A stretch of 64,000 bases of DNA, from assembly GCA_963802945.1 (NCBI GenBank), contig CAWDKY010000029.1, positions 64,001 through 128,000 of the forward strand, given 5' to 3'. This stretch comes from an uncultured delta proteobacterium. GTDB taxonomy: Bacteria; Desulfobacterota; RBG-13-43-22. This document shows, piece by piece, positions 16,948 to 27,482 of the stretch (the stretch's first letter is position 1; each line of letters begins with the position of its first letter). The position numbers and the translations under genes were made by a program. The notes below the pieces were generated by a model that had not been told where the DNA came from, searched no databases, and saw only the letters and a program-made list of their open reading frames with translations.

Positions 16948-17355
16948 ATGACTGGAAAAATTCTAAAAGCTTCAAAACCGACCAAGCGCTTTTTAGAATT
17001 GATCGGGCTTAAATTCATCAAAAGGGAAAAAGGGTTCTGCCGGTCCGAGCTTTTCATAACCGCATCTCTTTTAAATCCTTATGATACGGTGCACGGCGGG
17101 GTGGTCTATTCCATGGCCGACACCGGAATGGGCGGGGCCCTTTCCACTTGTCTGGAAGAAGACGAACGCTGTTCGACCCTTGAAATCAAGATCAACTACT
17201 TAAAATCCGTGCATTCAGGCAGGTTGATATGCGATACCAAAGTTATCCACAAGGGGAAAAATATCGCTTTTCTGGAATCGGTGGTCAAAGACCACCGAGG
17301 CAAGCCAGTGGCCACGGCCACTGGGACTTTTAATATATTCAAGATGTCAAGCTGA
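16948..17355 (+). CDS. PaaI family thioesterase
   Basis: NPYDTVHGGVVYSMADTGMG hotdog-fold motif, TLEIKINYL. Confidence 0.92.
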   Translation: MTGKILKASKPTKRFLELIGLKFIKREKGFCRSELFITASLLNPYDTVHGGVVYSMADTGMGGALSTCLEEDERCSTLEIKINYLKSVHSGRLICDTKVIHKGKNIAFLESVVKDHRGKPVATATGTFNIFKMSS

Positions 17356-17390
17356 GGATTTCCGAACAGACTAATGATAGAGTTGGTATC

Positions 17391-17936
17391 ATGAGTGAAG
17401 ATAGGGTATACCACCAACCAATCGAAAAACTCCGCGATCCAGACCGTCTGGCCTTTCTGGAAACCGATAAGGTCGTCAAGTTTTGTCTTGAGGGGATTAA
17501 CCCTCGGACGATCCTCGATGTCGGAACCGGCAGCGGTATCTTTGCGGAAGCTTTCTTCCATCGGGGCCTGAAGGTGACCGGGGTCGATATCCAGGAGCCG
17601 ATGCTGGAGGCGGCGCGGACTTACGTTCCCGGTGCAAGTTTTCATTTGGCCCCGTCGGAAAACCTGCCTTTCGAGGAAAATGCCTTTGACCTTGTTTTTC
17701 TGGGGTTGTTGCTCCATGAATCGGAGCAACCCTTAGAGACGCTCAAGGAATCCGCCCGGGTCTGCACTCTTAGAACAGCGGTTTTGGAATGGCCTTATGA
17801 AGAGGGGAAATATGGTCCGCCGCTTGAGTACCGCATTGAACCGGAACAACTCCAAAGTTTGGCGGCCTCGGCCGGTTTTTCCCGGATCAGGACCATTCCC
17901 TTGAAATTATTGTCTCTCTATTTGCTAGATAAATAA
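17391..17936 (+). CDS. Class I SAM-dependent methyltransferase
   Basis: ILDVGTGSG motif I, LPFEENAFDLV, C-terminal GPPLEYRI. Confidence 0.9.
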   Translation: MSEDRVYHQPIEKLRDPDRLAFLETDKVVKFCLEGINPRTILDVGTGSGIFAEAFFHRGLKVTGVDIQEPMLEAARTYVPGASFHLAPSENLPFEENAFDLVFLGLLLHESEQPLETLKESARVCTLRTAVLEWPYEEGKYGPPLEYRIEPEQLQSLAASAGFSRIRTIPLKLLSLYLLDK

Positions 17937-18064
17937 CAGGTTGCTGAAACCGGGGACCGCATTTCTCGGAATTTCTTCGCGTAAAAGACAACGCTCAGTC
18001 CCACCCCTTCGGGGCGGTTCACGGTTTCTGGCGCCTTGTATCTAGACCTTTTTGAGCAACCTGT
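17936..18064. mobile_element. MITE-like element with terminal inverted repeats
   Basis: ACAGGTTGCTGAAA...TTTGAGCAACCTGT, starting at the TAA stop of the methyltransferase. Confidence 0.75.
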
Positions 18065-18212
18065 CAAAATGTGTTTTTCCGTACCCTTTTTAGGGACTAA
18101 CGATAGGGATAGCGGCTTGTTTGTGGAAATGGGGCGGGCGGCGTTATGGTTTTTGATTTTTCAAGATATTGGAAATTTCAATCTTGATGCAAAAGGGAAG
18201 AGGCCGATTCGG

Positions 18213-18671
18213 TTATTTTTTTTCTCGCTCTAGGCGGTCGGCTTCCCGTTTCAGGTCTTTTTTCTTTATGGCTTCTCTTTTGTCATAAAGTTTCTTCCCT
18301 TTGGCCAGGGCCAGCTCAACCTTGGCCTTGCCCTCGAGGAAATACAGCTTAAGAGGAACTACGGTTAAACCTTTTTCCTGAATCTTGCCGATCATTCGCC
18401 TGATTTCTTGTTTATGCAGAAGAAGCTTGCGGGTCCGGGTCGGATCCTGCTCATGTAATGGGGAATTTTCATAGGGGCTGATATGGACCTCATATAAAAA
18501 CATTTCCCCACCCTTGGGTTTGGCATAACTGTCTTTAAGGTTGGCCCTCCCGAGACGCAGGGATTTGACCTCTGATCCGGTCAACACCAGACCGGCTTCA
18601 ATGGTCTCCTGAATATGGTAATCGTGATGGGCCTTGCGATTTTGGCTAATGATTTTTATGTGTTCGGCCAT
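18213..18671 (-). CDS. smpB: SsrA-binding protein
   Basis: NRKAHHDY, EAGLVLTGSEVKSLR, RKLLLH, GKKLYDKR. Confidence 0.97.
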   Translation of the reverse strand: MAEHIKIISQNRKAHHDYHIQETIEAGLVLTGSEVKSLRLGRANLKDSYAKPKGGEMFLYEVHISPYENSPLHEQDPTRTRKLLLHKQEIRRMIGKIQEKGLTVVPLKLYFLEGKAKVELALAKGKKLYDKREAIKKKDLKREADRLEREKK

Positions 18672-18682
18672 ATTTTTTTTTA

Positions 18683-18809
18683 ACAGGCTGATGAAAACCG
18701 CCTATCTGCTGTGTTGCACTTCACCTTTCGTCATTCCAACGTACTTCAATGTACGTATCATTCCTCAAGGGTTGCGCGCCTTGCATTTAGACGTTTTTGA
18801 TCAGCCCGT
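18683..18809. mobile_element. MITE-like element
   Basis: ACAGGCTGATGAAAA...TTTTTGATCAGCCCGT. Internal core shared with 23473-23610. Confidence 0.75.
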
Positions 18810-18865
18810 AACCTCATTAAATTTTATATCGACCATCAGCGTTTTTCCATGAATCCATAGTTTGT

Positions 18866-20677
18866 TTAATAAAGAATTGTCCCATCGGAATTAAAACTAT
18901 CGGAGTACAACTGGGCCATCTCCTGACGGACATGGGCATTAACTTCTTCCGTGGTGTTCAGGGTAAACACTTTTTTTATAAATGCCTTTGATTTTTTATA
19001 AGAACTCATTCTGATGATCCGCTTGACCCGTGGGATGGACATGGGATTCATGCTGAGCTCATCCAGCTTCAGCCCAAGTAAAATCGGCAGATAAAGGGGT
19101 TCACCGGCCATCTCTCCGCACATAGCCACCTGGATCCCGGCCCGGTGGCCGGCCTCAACGGTTTCCCGGATCAAACGCAGAATGGCCGGGTGTAAAGGCT
19201 GATACATATGAGCCACATGTTCGTTAACCCGGTCGATAGCCAGGGTATATTGAATCAGGTCGTTAGTTCCTATACTGAAAAAACTCACTTCCCGGGCCAG
19301 CAGATCGGCCATGGCCACGGCCGAGGGAATCTCTATCATGATCCCGATGGGGATTTGGGGATTAAAAGGAATCTTGTCCTTCTGAAGCTCTTCTTGGACT
19401 TCTTTAAGGATGGCTTTGGCCCTGAAGACTTCGTCGATGTCGGAAATCATGGGAAAGAGTATTTTCAAGTTCCCGTAGGGACTGGCCCGAAGGATGGCCC
19501 GAAGTTGTCGCTTAAAAATATCCACCTCCTTCAGACTAAAGCGGATGGCTCGTAAACCAAGGGCCGGGTTCATCTCCTCGGCCAAGTCCATATTAGACGC
19601 AAACTTGTCGCCGCCGATATCGAGAGTCCGAATAGTGACCGGATTGGGGGCGATTAACCGGGCCGCATTTCTGAAGCTTTCGAAAAGGGTTTGCTCGCTG
19701 GGCAGTTCTTTCTGGCTCAAATACAAAAATTCAGTACGAAAAAGGCCGATGCCCTCTGCCCCGTTGGCCAACACCGTGGGAATCTCTTCCAGAAACTCAA
19801 TATTGGCCAGGGTCTTGATTTGGTATCCATCCAGCGTTTCGGCGGGTAAATAGCTATATCGGGCTATTTCGGTCCGGTATTCGGTAAACTTTTTCTTTTT
19901 TTGTTGAAAAGACTCTAAGGTCTCCGGATCGGGATTTAGGATCACCTGCCCATCGCTACCATCCACGATAATCAGATCGCCGCTTTTCACCCCCTGGCTG
20001 ATGCGCTCCAGACCGACCACGGCCGGGATCTCCAGGGATTGGGCAATGATGGCCGTATGAGAAGTCTTTCCGCCCATATCGGTGACAAAACCTAAAACAT
20101 TGTCCAGGCGCATCTGGGTGGTATCGGCCGGAGACAGATCGTGGGCCACAATAATGACCTGCCCCTGAATTTCTGATAGATTCTCAACCTGCTTTCCGGT
20201 CAGATTCCTGAGGATCCTCTCTGAAACATAGACCACATCATTAATCCGGCCACGGAAATACTCGTCCTTTATTTTAGCAAAGATCTCCTGAGCATGTTCC
20301 ACGGCCTTTCTGAGTGCCCATTCGGCATTGATCTTTTCCTTTTGAATGGTCTCCAGAGTCTGGTCATAGATCATCCGGTCCCGGAGAATTAAGCGGTGAG
20401 AATCAATAATACCGGCATGGTCTTTTATTTCTTCCGGGATTTCTTCGATGATCTGATGAAGTTGAATATCGGCCTTGGTCACCGCTTCCTTGAAACGTTC
20501 CATTTCGAGCTCGATCTGGCTTGGATCGAGAAGATATTGATTAACGACCTTGACCCGGCTGCGATCCACCAGATAAGCCCGGCCGATGGCCACACCTTCA
20601 GATGCCCCGATCCCCTTCAAGATGGTATTCATGGATCCCTTTTCCTTTAAAGGATTATTCTTCTCCGAACTTGTCAT
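18866..20677 (-). CDS. ptsI: Phosphoenolpyruvate-protein phosphotransferase (PTS enzyme I)
   Basis: GGKTSHTAI phospho-His motif, GIGLFRTEF, IRTLDIGGDK, SIGTNDLIQY. True start may be ATG 20632. Confidence 0.95.
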   Translation of the reverse strand: MTSSEKNNPLKEKGSMNTILKGIGASEGVAIGRAYLVDRSRVKVVNQYLLDPSQIELEMERFKEAVTKADIQLHQIIEEIPEEIKDHAGIIDSHRLILRDRMIYDQTLETIQKEKINAEWALRKAVEHAQEIFAKIKDEYFRGRINDVVYVSERILRNLTGKQVENLSEIQGQVIIVAHDLSPADTTQMRLDNVLGFVTDMGGKTSHTAIIAQSLEIPAVVGLERISQGVKSGDLIIVDGSDGQVILNPDPETLESFQQKKKKFTEYRTEIARYSYLPAETLDGYQIKTLANIEFLEEIPTVLANGAEGIGLFRTEFLYLSQKELPSEQTLFESFRNAARLIAPNPVTIRTLDIGGDKFASNMDLAEEMNPALGLRAIRFSLKEVDIFKRQLRAILRASPYGNLKILFPMISDIDEVFRAKAILKEVQEELQKDKIPFNPQIPIGIMIEIPSAVAMADLLAREVSFFSIGTNDLIQYTLAIDRVNEHVAHMYQPLHPAILRLIRETVEAGHRAGIQVAMCGEMAGEPLYLPILLGLKLDELSMNPMSIPRVKRIIRMSSYKKSKAFIKKVFTLNTTEEVNAHVRQEMAQLYSDSFNSDGTILY

Positions 20678-20918
20678 CGATCAGCCTTTCCATGGCCTCC
20701 AGGAGCTTATCGGCATCGGGACCGTCGGCCCGCAGTGAAATGATAGACCCCTGAGGACAAGCCAGGGTCAAAATGCTTAAGATGCTTTTACCATCCACTT
20801 CCTGGCCATTGAACTGGATGGTAAGGTTTGAGGAAAAACTGTTACTAAGTTCAACTATTTTTGCTGCTGCCCGGGCATGAAGGCCTAATTTATTTTTTAT
20901 AACAAAATCACATTCCAT
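20655..20918 (-). CDS. ptsH: Phosphocarrier protein HPr
   Basis: NKLGLHARAA and DGKSILSIL motifs. Confidence 0.95.
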   Translation of the reverse strand: MECDFVIKNKLGLHARAAAKIVELSNSFSSNLTIQFNGQEVDGKSILSILTLACPQGSIISLRADGPDADKLLEAMERLIDDKFGEE

Positions 20919-21079
20919 TTTTATAGTTAACAGGGTTTCTCTCGTTTGTTTGGTCTTTAAGGTTTATCGGGTCTATTACTATCATTTTTTCAAGGATCTT
21001 CACGGCACATTAAAGATCAATTGAAGCTCTCTGCACCACGTGCAGTCCTGCAAATCAGGATTCCAGGCAAGGAAAAGGT

Positions 21080-21853
21080 TTATGGTTGTAATTCGCTCGT
21101 CAGTCCCGTCTTCGGCGGGATCACGCCTTTGGTCTGACGAAGAATGCGCTCGCTGTTCATCGGAGACAGTATAAGAGTATATTCCCCCTTGGGTTCCCGG
21201 TCGGCCAATTGGCGTATCAGCCCGCTTACAGGGCCGGCCAGGATTTCTTCATAAACCTTGGTCAGTTCACGGGCCAAGACCGCTTCCCTCTCCCCTAAAA
21301 TGGACTGAATCTCCTCAAGGAGATTTTTTATCCGGTGGGGTGCTTCATAGAAAATGACGGTCCTCTTTTGTTCTTTCATTTCCTGAAGGATCTTTATTCG
21401 GCGGCTTTTCCGCCTGGGCAAAAAACCCAGAAAGACAAAAGAGTCCCCCGACAATCCCGAGGCGCTCAGGGCGCAAGTTAGAGCCGATGGCCCTGGAATG
21501 GGGACCACGGGTATTTGAGCCTTCCGGGCTTCCTGAACCAGTTCTCGTCCTGGATCGCTGATGCCCGGGGTCCCGCCATCCGTCACCAGGCTGATCTGTT
21601 GCCCTTGATCCATTCGTTCAAGCAGATGGGGGATTTTTCTATATTTATTATTTTCATTAAAGCTGATTATGGGGGAATGAAGGTCATGGGCCGAGAGGAG
21701 TTTTTGAGTCCTCCGTGTATCCTCCGCCGCTATCAGATCAGAACCTTTCAGTACCTCCAAAGCCCGCAGGGTAATATCTTTTAAATTACCCAGCGGCGTC
21801 GCCACCACATAGAGGGTGCCTTTTTTTTTCGGAACTGTCATCAAGTAACCCAA
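21080..21853 (-). CDS. rsmI: 16S rRNA (cytidine1402-2'-O)-methyltransferase
   Basis: LYVVATPLGNLKDITLRAL, AAEDTR, DGGTPGISDPG, ARELTK. Confidence 0.95.
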   Translation of the reverse strand: MGYLMTVPKKKGTLYVVATPLGNLKDITLRALEVLKGSDLIAAEDTRRTQKLLSAHDLHSPIISFNENNKYRKIPHLLERMDQGQQISLVTDGGTPGISDPGRELVQEARKAQIPVVPIPGPSALTCALSASGLSGDSFVFLGFLPRRKSRRIKILQEMKEQKRTVIFYEAPHRIKNLLEEIQSILGEREAVLARELTKVYEEILAGPVSGLIRQLADREPKGEYTLILSPMNSERILRQTKGVIPPKTGLTSELQP

Positions 21854-21959
21854 CGAAGAAAAGTTTAATTCGAAACCAATGAAAGTTCAAGTTTCAATGG
21901 GCGTTCGTTTTCTCTCAAAGTGAAACCTTCGGCCTTAAACCTTCAACCTTCAGCCAATT

Positions 21960-22346
21960 TTAATACGCTAGGTCAAAGGCGTTTCGGAACAATTCGATTT
22001 TCGCTTTCCCCTGATCCAGATCAATGGCCACCACGTCAAATCGGGCCGGCTGATCCAAGAGAGAAAGGCGTTTTAAATAGTCCAGGGCCACCATGGACAA
22101 CTTCCGTTGTTTCTTGGGGCCGACCGCCCATTTGGCCGTTCCAAAATCAGAAGACAACCGGGTCTTGACCTCCACAAAGACCAAGGTCTTTTTATCCCGG
22201 GCAATAATATCAATTTCTCCAAGCGGGGTTTTAAAATTTCTTTCTAGGACCTTATACCCTTTTTTTTTGAGGAGTTCGAAGGCCAGATTTTCTCCTCTTC
22301 GGCCCACCCGGGTGCGAGGGTCCTCAGCCGGCTTTTCGAATCTCAT
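21960..22346 (-). CDS. yraN: YraN/UPF0102 family endonuclease-like protein
   Basis: GRRGE, ERNF...GEIDII, VFVEVKTR, RFDVVAI. Confidence 0.93.
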   Translation of the reverse strand: MRFEKPAEDPRTRVGRRGENLAFELLKKKGYKVLERNFKTPLGEIDIIARDKKTLVFVEVKTRLSSDFGTAKWAVGPKKQRKLSMVALDYLKRLSLLDQPARFDVVAIDLDQGKAKIELFRNAFDLAY

Positions 22347-22962
22347 CGGGAACGGTTCCCCTGAAACTTAGGCGATGGAGTGGACAAGGCCCGTATTTCT
22401 TCAAGGCCGTCAGATGCTCTTGAGTCCCATAGCCTTTGTTTTTAAAAAAATTATATTGCGGAAAACGGTAATGCCACGATTCCATAAGTTTGTCTCGAAT
22501 GACTTTGGCTATAATAGAGGCGGCTCCAATGGAGTGGCTCAAGCGATCACCCTGGATCAGACATTTCTGAACAAAAGGTTGGTTCAATGGACGGTTCCCA
22601 TCAACCAGGATCAAATCGGGTTTCAGATTGAGGTGGAAGACCGCCTTTTCCATGGCCGACAAGGAAGCCTGGAGGATATTCCATTGATCAATTTCCCGGG
22701 GTCCAACCAGCCCCAGACCCACGGCCATGGCTTTCTGCTTGATCAAAGGAAAAAGGGCAGCTCGTTGCTTTGAGGTTAATTGTTTGGAATCGGTCACACC
22801 GGGGATAAAGACCCCCGATGGAAAAATGACCGCCGCTGCCAGCACCGGTCCGGCCAGAGGACCCCGCCCGACCTCATCCACACCGGCAATCAGGAGGGCC
22901 CCTAATGGATCAATTTTATTTTCGTAAAAATCAGAGGACTTCTTCTCAATGCGCACAACCAC
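22324..22962 (-). CDS. rnhB: Ribonuclease HII
   Basis: AGVDEVGRGPLAGPV, DSKQL, AASIIAKV, KGYGT. Confidence 0.96.
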   Translation of the reverse strand: MVVRIEKKSSDFYENKIDPLGALLIAGVDEVGRGPLAGPVLAAAVIFPSGVFIPGVTDSKQLTSKQRAALFPLIKQKAMAVGLGLVGPREIDQWNILQASLSAMEKAVFHLNLKPDLILVDGNRPLNQPFVQKCLIQGDRLSHSIGAASIIAKVIRDKLMESWHYRFPQYNFFKNKGYGTQEHLTALKKYGPCPLHRLSFRGTVPDEIRKAG

Positions 22963-23079
22963 CTGATCGATAGATCAAAAGGGTACAGGAGGTTCGAAGA
23001 TCGGCTTTCGAGTTCGGAGTCTAAAATCTTTTAATTCAACTCAATATTCATGACTCCGAACTCAACAACTCCGAACTTA

Positions 23080-23451
23080 TCAGGCCTTGGAGGCTGCCGC
23101 ATTCGGGGTGGTTCGCCGTTCTTTGATCCGAGCGGCCTTGCCTTTTAATTCTCTCAAGTAATACAGTCGAGATCGGCGAACCTTTCCCTGAGTGACAATA
23201 TCAATCCGATCGATAGCCGGTGCGTGGAGCGGGAAAATACGCTCTACTCCCACGCCGTAGGAAACTTTACGGACCGTAAATGTGGCCCCTGTATTTCCTT
23301 TTCTTTTCCGAATGACGACTCCTTCAAAAACCTGGATTCGTTCCTTTTCCCCTTCTTTTATTTTAACATGGACCCGAATTTGGTCTCCGGTTTTAAAGTC
23401 GGGAAGATCCACCCGCATCTGCTCTTTTTCCAACATGGTCAAGGCATCCAT
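23080..23451 (-). CDS. rplS: 50S ribosomal protein L19
   Basis: [37 protein letters not shown]. Start at ATG 23451 after GGAG. Confidence 0.97.
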   Translation of the reverse strand: MDALTMLEKEQMRVDLPDFKTGDQIRVHVKIKEGEKERIQVFEGVVIRKRKGNTGATFTVRKVSYGVGVERIFPLHAPAIDRIDIVTQGKVRRSRLYYLRELKGKAARIKERRTTPNAAASKA

Positions 23452-23472
23452 TGTATTTGCTCCTTTTCCTGA

Positions 23473-23610
23473 CAGGGTCTGAAAAACACCCATCTGCTCC
23501 GCATTTCGTGGATAGCGCTTCGCCCTTCGTCACTGCCGCAGGTACTTTTTATGTACGCCTCATTCCTCAGGACTTGCGCGCCTTACATCTGGATGTTTTT
23601 AAATCCCCTG
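23473..23610. mobile_element. MITE-like element between trmD and rplS
   Basis: CAGGGTCTGAAAAACA...TGTTTTTAAATCCCCTG. Core ATGTACG..TCATTCCTCA.G..TTGCGCGCCTT.CAT shared with the 18683 copy. Confidence 0.75.
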
Positions 23611-23624
23611 CATTATATTTATTG

Positions 23625-24359
23625 TCAATCCTTTTTCTGCAAATTCTGTAAAAACTTCCGGTCTTCCGGACTTAAGCGCTCATCTTCAATCAAATTGGGC
23701 CGCCGTTTTAGGGTTTTGGCCAACGATTGACGGCGCCTCCAGGTCCGGATTTTTTCATGGTCCCCCGAGCATAGAATTTCCGGAACTCCATGCCCTTGAA
23801 AATTTCGGGGTCGTGTGTATTGGGGATACTCCAATAACCCCTCTTCAAAAGATTCTTCCTTCCCCGAATCTGCACAGCCCATAACCTCGGGAATCAATCG
23901 GATCAAGGCGTCTAAAAGAACCAGAGCCGCCGGTTCCCCGCCGCTTAATACATAGTCTCCAATCGATAGCTGTTCATCGCAGAAAAAATCAGCTATCCGC
24001 TCATCAACCCCTTCATACCTCCCGCAGATGAGGATGGTTCGGGGACAAAGAACCAGTTCTTTGACCCGGGGTTGTTTAAGAGGGGTTCCCTGAGGGGTCA
24101 AAAGAATTACCCAGGGACGCGGCCCAGATAGGCCTTTCAGCCAAGTCAAGGCCCGGAAGATGGGATCGGGTTTTAAAATCATCCCCGCTCCACCGCCAAA
24201 CGGCCTGTCATCCACTGTTCGATGCCGATCACAGGCAAAGTCACGCAGATTGAATATCCGGACCTGGGCCAGTCCATTTTCCAACCCCCGGTGCAGGATC
24301 CCTTCTCTCAAGGGAGAAATAAAGTGGCCGGGGAAGAGGGTCAGGATATCAACAATCAT
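23625..24359 (-). CDS. trmD: tRNA (guanine37-N1)-methyltransferase
   Basis: VDDRPFGGGAGM, CGRYEGVDER, SIGDYVLSGGE, LEYPQYTRP. Confidence 0.97.
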   Translation of the reverse strand: MIVDILTLFPGHFISPLREGILHRGLENGLAQVRIFNLRDFACDRHRTVDDRPFGGGAGMILKPDPIFRALTWLKGLSGPRPWVILLTPQGTPLKQPRVKELVLCPRTILICGRYEGVDERIADFFCDEQLSIGDYVLSGGEPAALVLLDALIRLIPEVMGCADSGKEESFEEGLLEYPQYTRPRNFQGHGVPEILCSGDHEKIRTWRRRQSLAKTLKRRPNLIEDERLSPEDRKFLQNLQKKD

Positions 24360-24885
24360 GACCTGGGTCACTACCCCCGGAGAGGCCATTGAAATCCCGG
24401 ACCCGGATTTCTCCTTGGGGTATATTTATCGAAACCACAAAGTCTTCGACAGCCGGCAGGAGCAATTCCTCTTTACCGTTTCTGATGACCCAGATGTCAT
24501 GCGCCGCTGTCGGAAATATTTCTTCCATGATACCCAAAAACCGGCCTTGCTCGTCATAAGCCCGGCTACCGATCAATTGGTACCAGTAATATTCTCCTTC
24601 AGGAAGGGCGTTCAGGTCCTTCTTGTCCATATATAGGGCCTGTCCGCTTAATCCTTCCGCCTGTTGACGATTATCCAGCCCCTGAAAGGTAAGAAGTAAG
24701 TCATGGGCCTGAACTTTCACTTCAGAGATCAACAAGGCCTTCATTTCTTGGCCCAAACTCAAATAAACTTTGCGTCCGGCACAAAAATTCTCATGGGAAG
24801 AGGCATAAGAATGGACCTTCACCTGACCGCGCAACCCATGAGGTTTGGCCACCTTGCCGATTAACAGAAAGTCCGATTTCATCAA
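24349..24885 (-). CDS. rimM: Ribosome maturation factor
   Basis: IGKVAKPHGLRG, GEYYWYQLIG; conserved rpsP-khpA-rimM-trmD-rplS order. Confidence 0.93.
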   Translation of the reverse strand: MMKSDFLLIGKVAKPHGLRGQVKVHSYASSHENFCAGRKVYLSLGQEMKALLISEVKVQAHDLLLTFQGLDNRQQAEGLSGQALYMDKKDLNALPEGEYYWYQLIGSRAYDEQGRFLGIMEEIFPTAAHDIWVIRNGKEELLLPAVEDFVVSINIPQGEIRVRDFNGLSGGSDPGHDC

Positions 24886-24900
24886 GTTATGAATATTTTC

Positions 24901-25131
24901 TTATTCAAGGATTTCCAGCACCGATCGTTTTTTGATCTTGGTGGAAGCGGCGCTCAGGATAGTCCTTATGGCCCTGGCGGTTCGTCCCTGTTTTCCGATG
25001 ACCTTGCCCAGATCCTCCTTAGCCACCTTTAACTCGATGACCGAAGTCTGTTCCCCTTCTATTTCATTGACTTCCACTTGATCCGGATTATCCACTAAAG
25101 CCTTAGCAATGTACTTTACCAAATCTTTCAT
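24901..25131 (-). CDS. khpA: KH domain RNA-binding protein
   Basis: [23 protein letters not shown]. Confidence 0.93.
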   Translation of the reverse strand: MKDLVKYIAKALVDNPDQVEVNEIEGEQTSVIELKVAKEDLGKVIGKQGRTARAIRTILSAASTKIKKRSVLEILE

Positions 25132-25277
25132 GCCGCTTACCTCCTCCTTTTGAGTTGCCGGTTGGACGTCATATCCTGATTCCGATTATGTTGTCTGGCT
25201 CGCAATCGGCCAGTGGATCCGTTCTAATGAATCGGTAATGGTCACAGAAGAGGGGTGAGGCCTTTGCCTCAACGTTT

Positions 25278-25526
25278 TTATCCCTTTAATACGCCGCTGA
25301 TGCGAATCAAATTTTTCACAGTAGCCGTAGGTTCAGCCCCTACGGAAAGCCATTTTTTCAATACATCCTGTTTCCAAGAAATCGCTGCCGGTTCTTTATT
25401 GGGATCGTAAGTCCCAACGATCTCAATGTACCGCCCGTCTCTTGGAGACCCGGAATTGGCCACCACCATTCGATAAAAGGGCCGTTTCTTAGCCCCTATC
25501 CGGGTCAATCTGATTTTAGTCGCCAT
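25278..25526 (-). CDS. rpsP: 30S ribosomal protein S16
   Basis: MATKIRLTRIGAKKRPFYR, PRDGR.IE..G.YDP. Start at ATG 25526. Confidence 0.97.
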   Translation of the reverse strand: MATKIRLTRIGAKKRPFYRMVVANSGSPRDGRYIEIVGTYDPNKEPAAISWKQDVLKKWLSVGAEPTATVKNLIRISGVLKG

Positions 25527-25580
25527 AATGCCTACGCTCCTTTTTCCATCCTTTTTGTAGTCTATAATAACCAAAGCCGG

Positions 25581-26913
25581 TTAAAAAGGCAAGTGTCCTC
25601 TTTGGAAGGCTTTTCGACCTCCCTTACCAAATTGTTTAAGCATCTTTTGCATCTGCTCAAAATTTTTAAGCATTTTGTTGACTTCTTGGACCGTGGTCCC
25701 GCTCCCCTTGGCAATTCGTCGGCGCCGGCTTCCATTGATCAGCTGATAACTTCCTCGTTCCTCAGGGGTCATAGAATTGATAATGGCTTCTGTCCGCACC
25801 AGTTCTTTTTCGTCGGGTTTTAACTCTTTTAAGCCCTTCACCCGGTTTATACCCGGGATCATCTGGATCATCTGTTCCAAAGAACCCAGCTTTTTTATTT
25901 GTTTGAGTTGATCTTTAAAGTCATCCAGAGTAAAGGTTTCCTTGCGGATTTTTTTCTCTAATTCTATGGCCTGTTTCTGATCGAAATGAACCTGAGCCTT
26001 TTCGACCAGGGAAAGGATATCCCCCAGGCCCAGTATCCTGGAGGCCATCCGGTCGGGATGAAAAGGCTCCAGGGCCTCCAATTTTTCTCCGACGCCGATA
26101 AATTTGATCGGTTTTTGGATGACCGATTTGATGGACAAAGCAGCCCCTCCCCGGGCGTCTCCTTCCATTTTGGTCAGGATGACCCCGGACAGCTCGCAGC
26201 CATTCGTTGAATTTCTGGGCCACGTTGACGGCGTCTTGGCCGGTCATAGCATCGGCCACCAGGAGAATTTCATTGGGCCGGACCCGCTCCTTGATCTGCT
26301 TCAGTTCGGCCATCAAGGCCTGATCGATATGCAAACGGCCGGCGGTATCCAGGATCAGGGGATTTAATCCCTTTTGTTTGCCCCACTCCAGGGCCGAGAG
26401 ACAAAGCTCCAACGGATTAATCTTGGGATCGGATGGATAGACCTCAACCCCGGCTTGCCCGCCCACTTTGTGAAGTTGGTCTATGGCTGCCGGACGGTAA
26501 ACATCGGCCGGTACCAAACCCGGTCGGAAATTTTTTCCTTTTAAATATAGAGCCAATTTCCCGGCCGTGGTAGTTTTCCCTGAGCCTTGAAGGCCGGCCA
26601 GCATAATGGCCACCGGCGAGCGTCCGGCTAAATTCAGGTCCTGCCTGGCCCCACCCATGAGTTCGGTTAATTCTTCCTGAACAATCTTGATCACCTGCTG
26701 GGCCGGTGTTAGGCTGGCCAGAACCTCCTGTCCCAAAGACCTTTCCTTGACCCGGTCAATAAAGTCCTTGGCCACCTTGTAGTGCACATCGGCTTCCAGT
26801 AAGGCCAGACGGACCTCCCGAAGGCCTTCTTTCATGTTGGCTTCGCTTAACTTCCCCTGGCCTTTCAATTTTTTGAAGGTCAGGTTCAATCTTTCGGATA
26901 GGGACTCAAACAT
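25581..26913 (-). CDS. ffh: Signal recognition particle protein (split by a frameshift near 26200, probably a sequencing error)
   Basis: NG domain (GLQGSGKTT, DTAGR) in the 26913 frame; GDARGGAALS, FHPDRMASRILG and M domain in the 26168 frame. Confidence 0.93.
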
Positions 26914-27087
26914 TACGGTCTTTCTGGAAAAGTTATAAATTTATAATTTAACTATACATTTTCAAAAATGTCAAGGGACTTTTATTTAATTTTTTGGAAT
27001 TACTTTCTAAACATCAAGCAAAACAGTACACCCACAAAGCGGGTTTGCACATCTTTGATTTTGAAAAGTGAGGACCGGCCGAGTAAC

Positions 27088-27305
27088 TTAATAGTAATAA
27101 ATCCCTACTCCACAGCCAAGGCGTTGGTCATTCCCAAGTCTTCTCGTTGGGATCAGATTTCTTCGGTTATAGGACCTTTGACCACAAGGTGATGATGGAT
27201 TTTTTGAATGAATAGCTGAGGCAGATATTTGCCTTTGACCATGGCTTCAGACATATTTTGGGTATCGCCGCTCTGGGAATGAAACACAATAGGGATTTTT
27301 GTCAT
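27088..27305 (-). pseudogene. Degenerate flavodoxin/WrbA-like gene
   Basis: Starts MTKIPIVFHSQSGDTQNMSEAMVKG (flavodoxin FMN-binding loop). A C-terminal-like LVVKGPITEEI*...DLG segment follows, with stops and the middle missing. Confidence 0.6.
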
Positions 27306-27420
27306 AATGATTTAATCGTTTGCATTTGTTAATAAAATAAAATTATTTGGATGTTATGGGCAAGCCTAATATTCATCTATTATGATTTGTAAATATACAC
27401 TTTTCAAACTTTTTGTAAAT

Positions 27421-27482
27421 GAGGAAGGAGCCCTCAAGTTTCCTCGAACATGGCCTCACCGTACTGAATTCAACGAGTACAC
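27421..27482 (+). repeat. ~62-bp dispersed repeat
   Basis: GAGGAAGGAGCCCTCAAGTTTCCTCGAACATGGCCTCAC...GAATTCAACGAGTACAC aligns with the reverse complement of 44058-44119. Confidence 0.7.
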
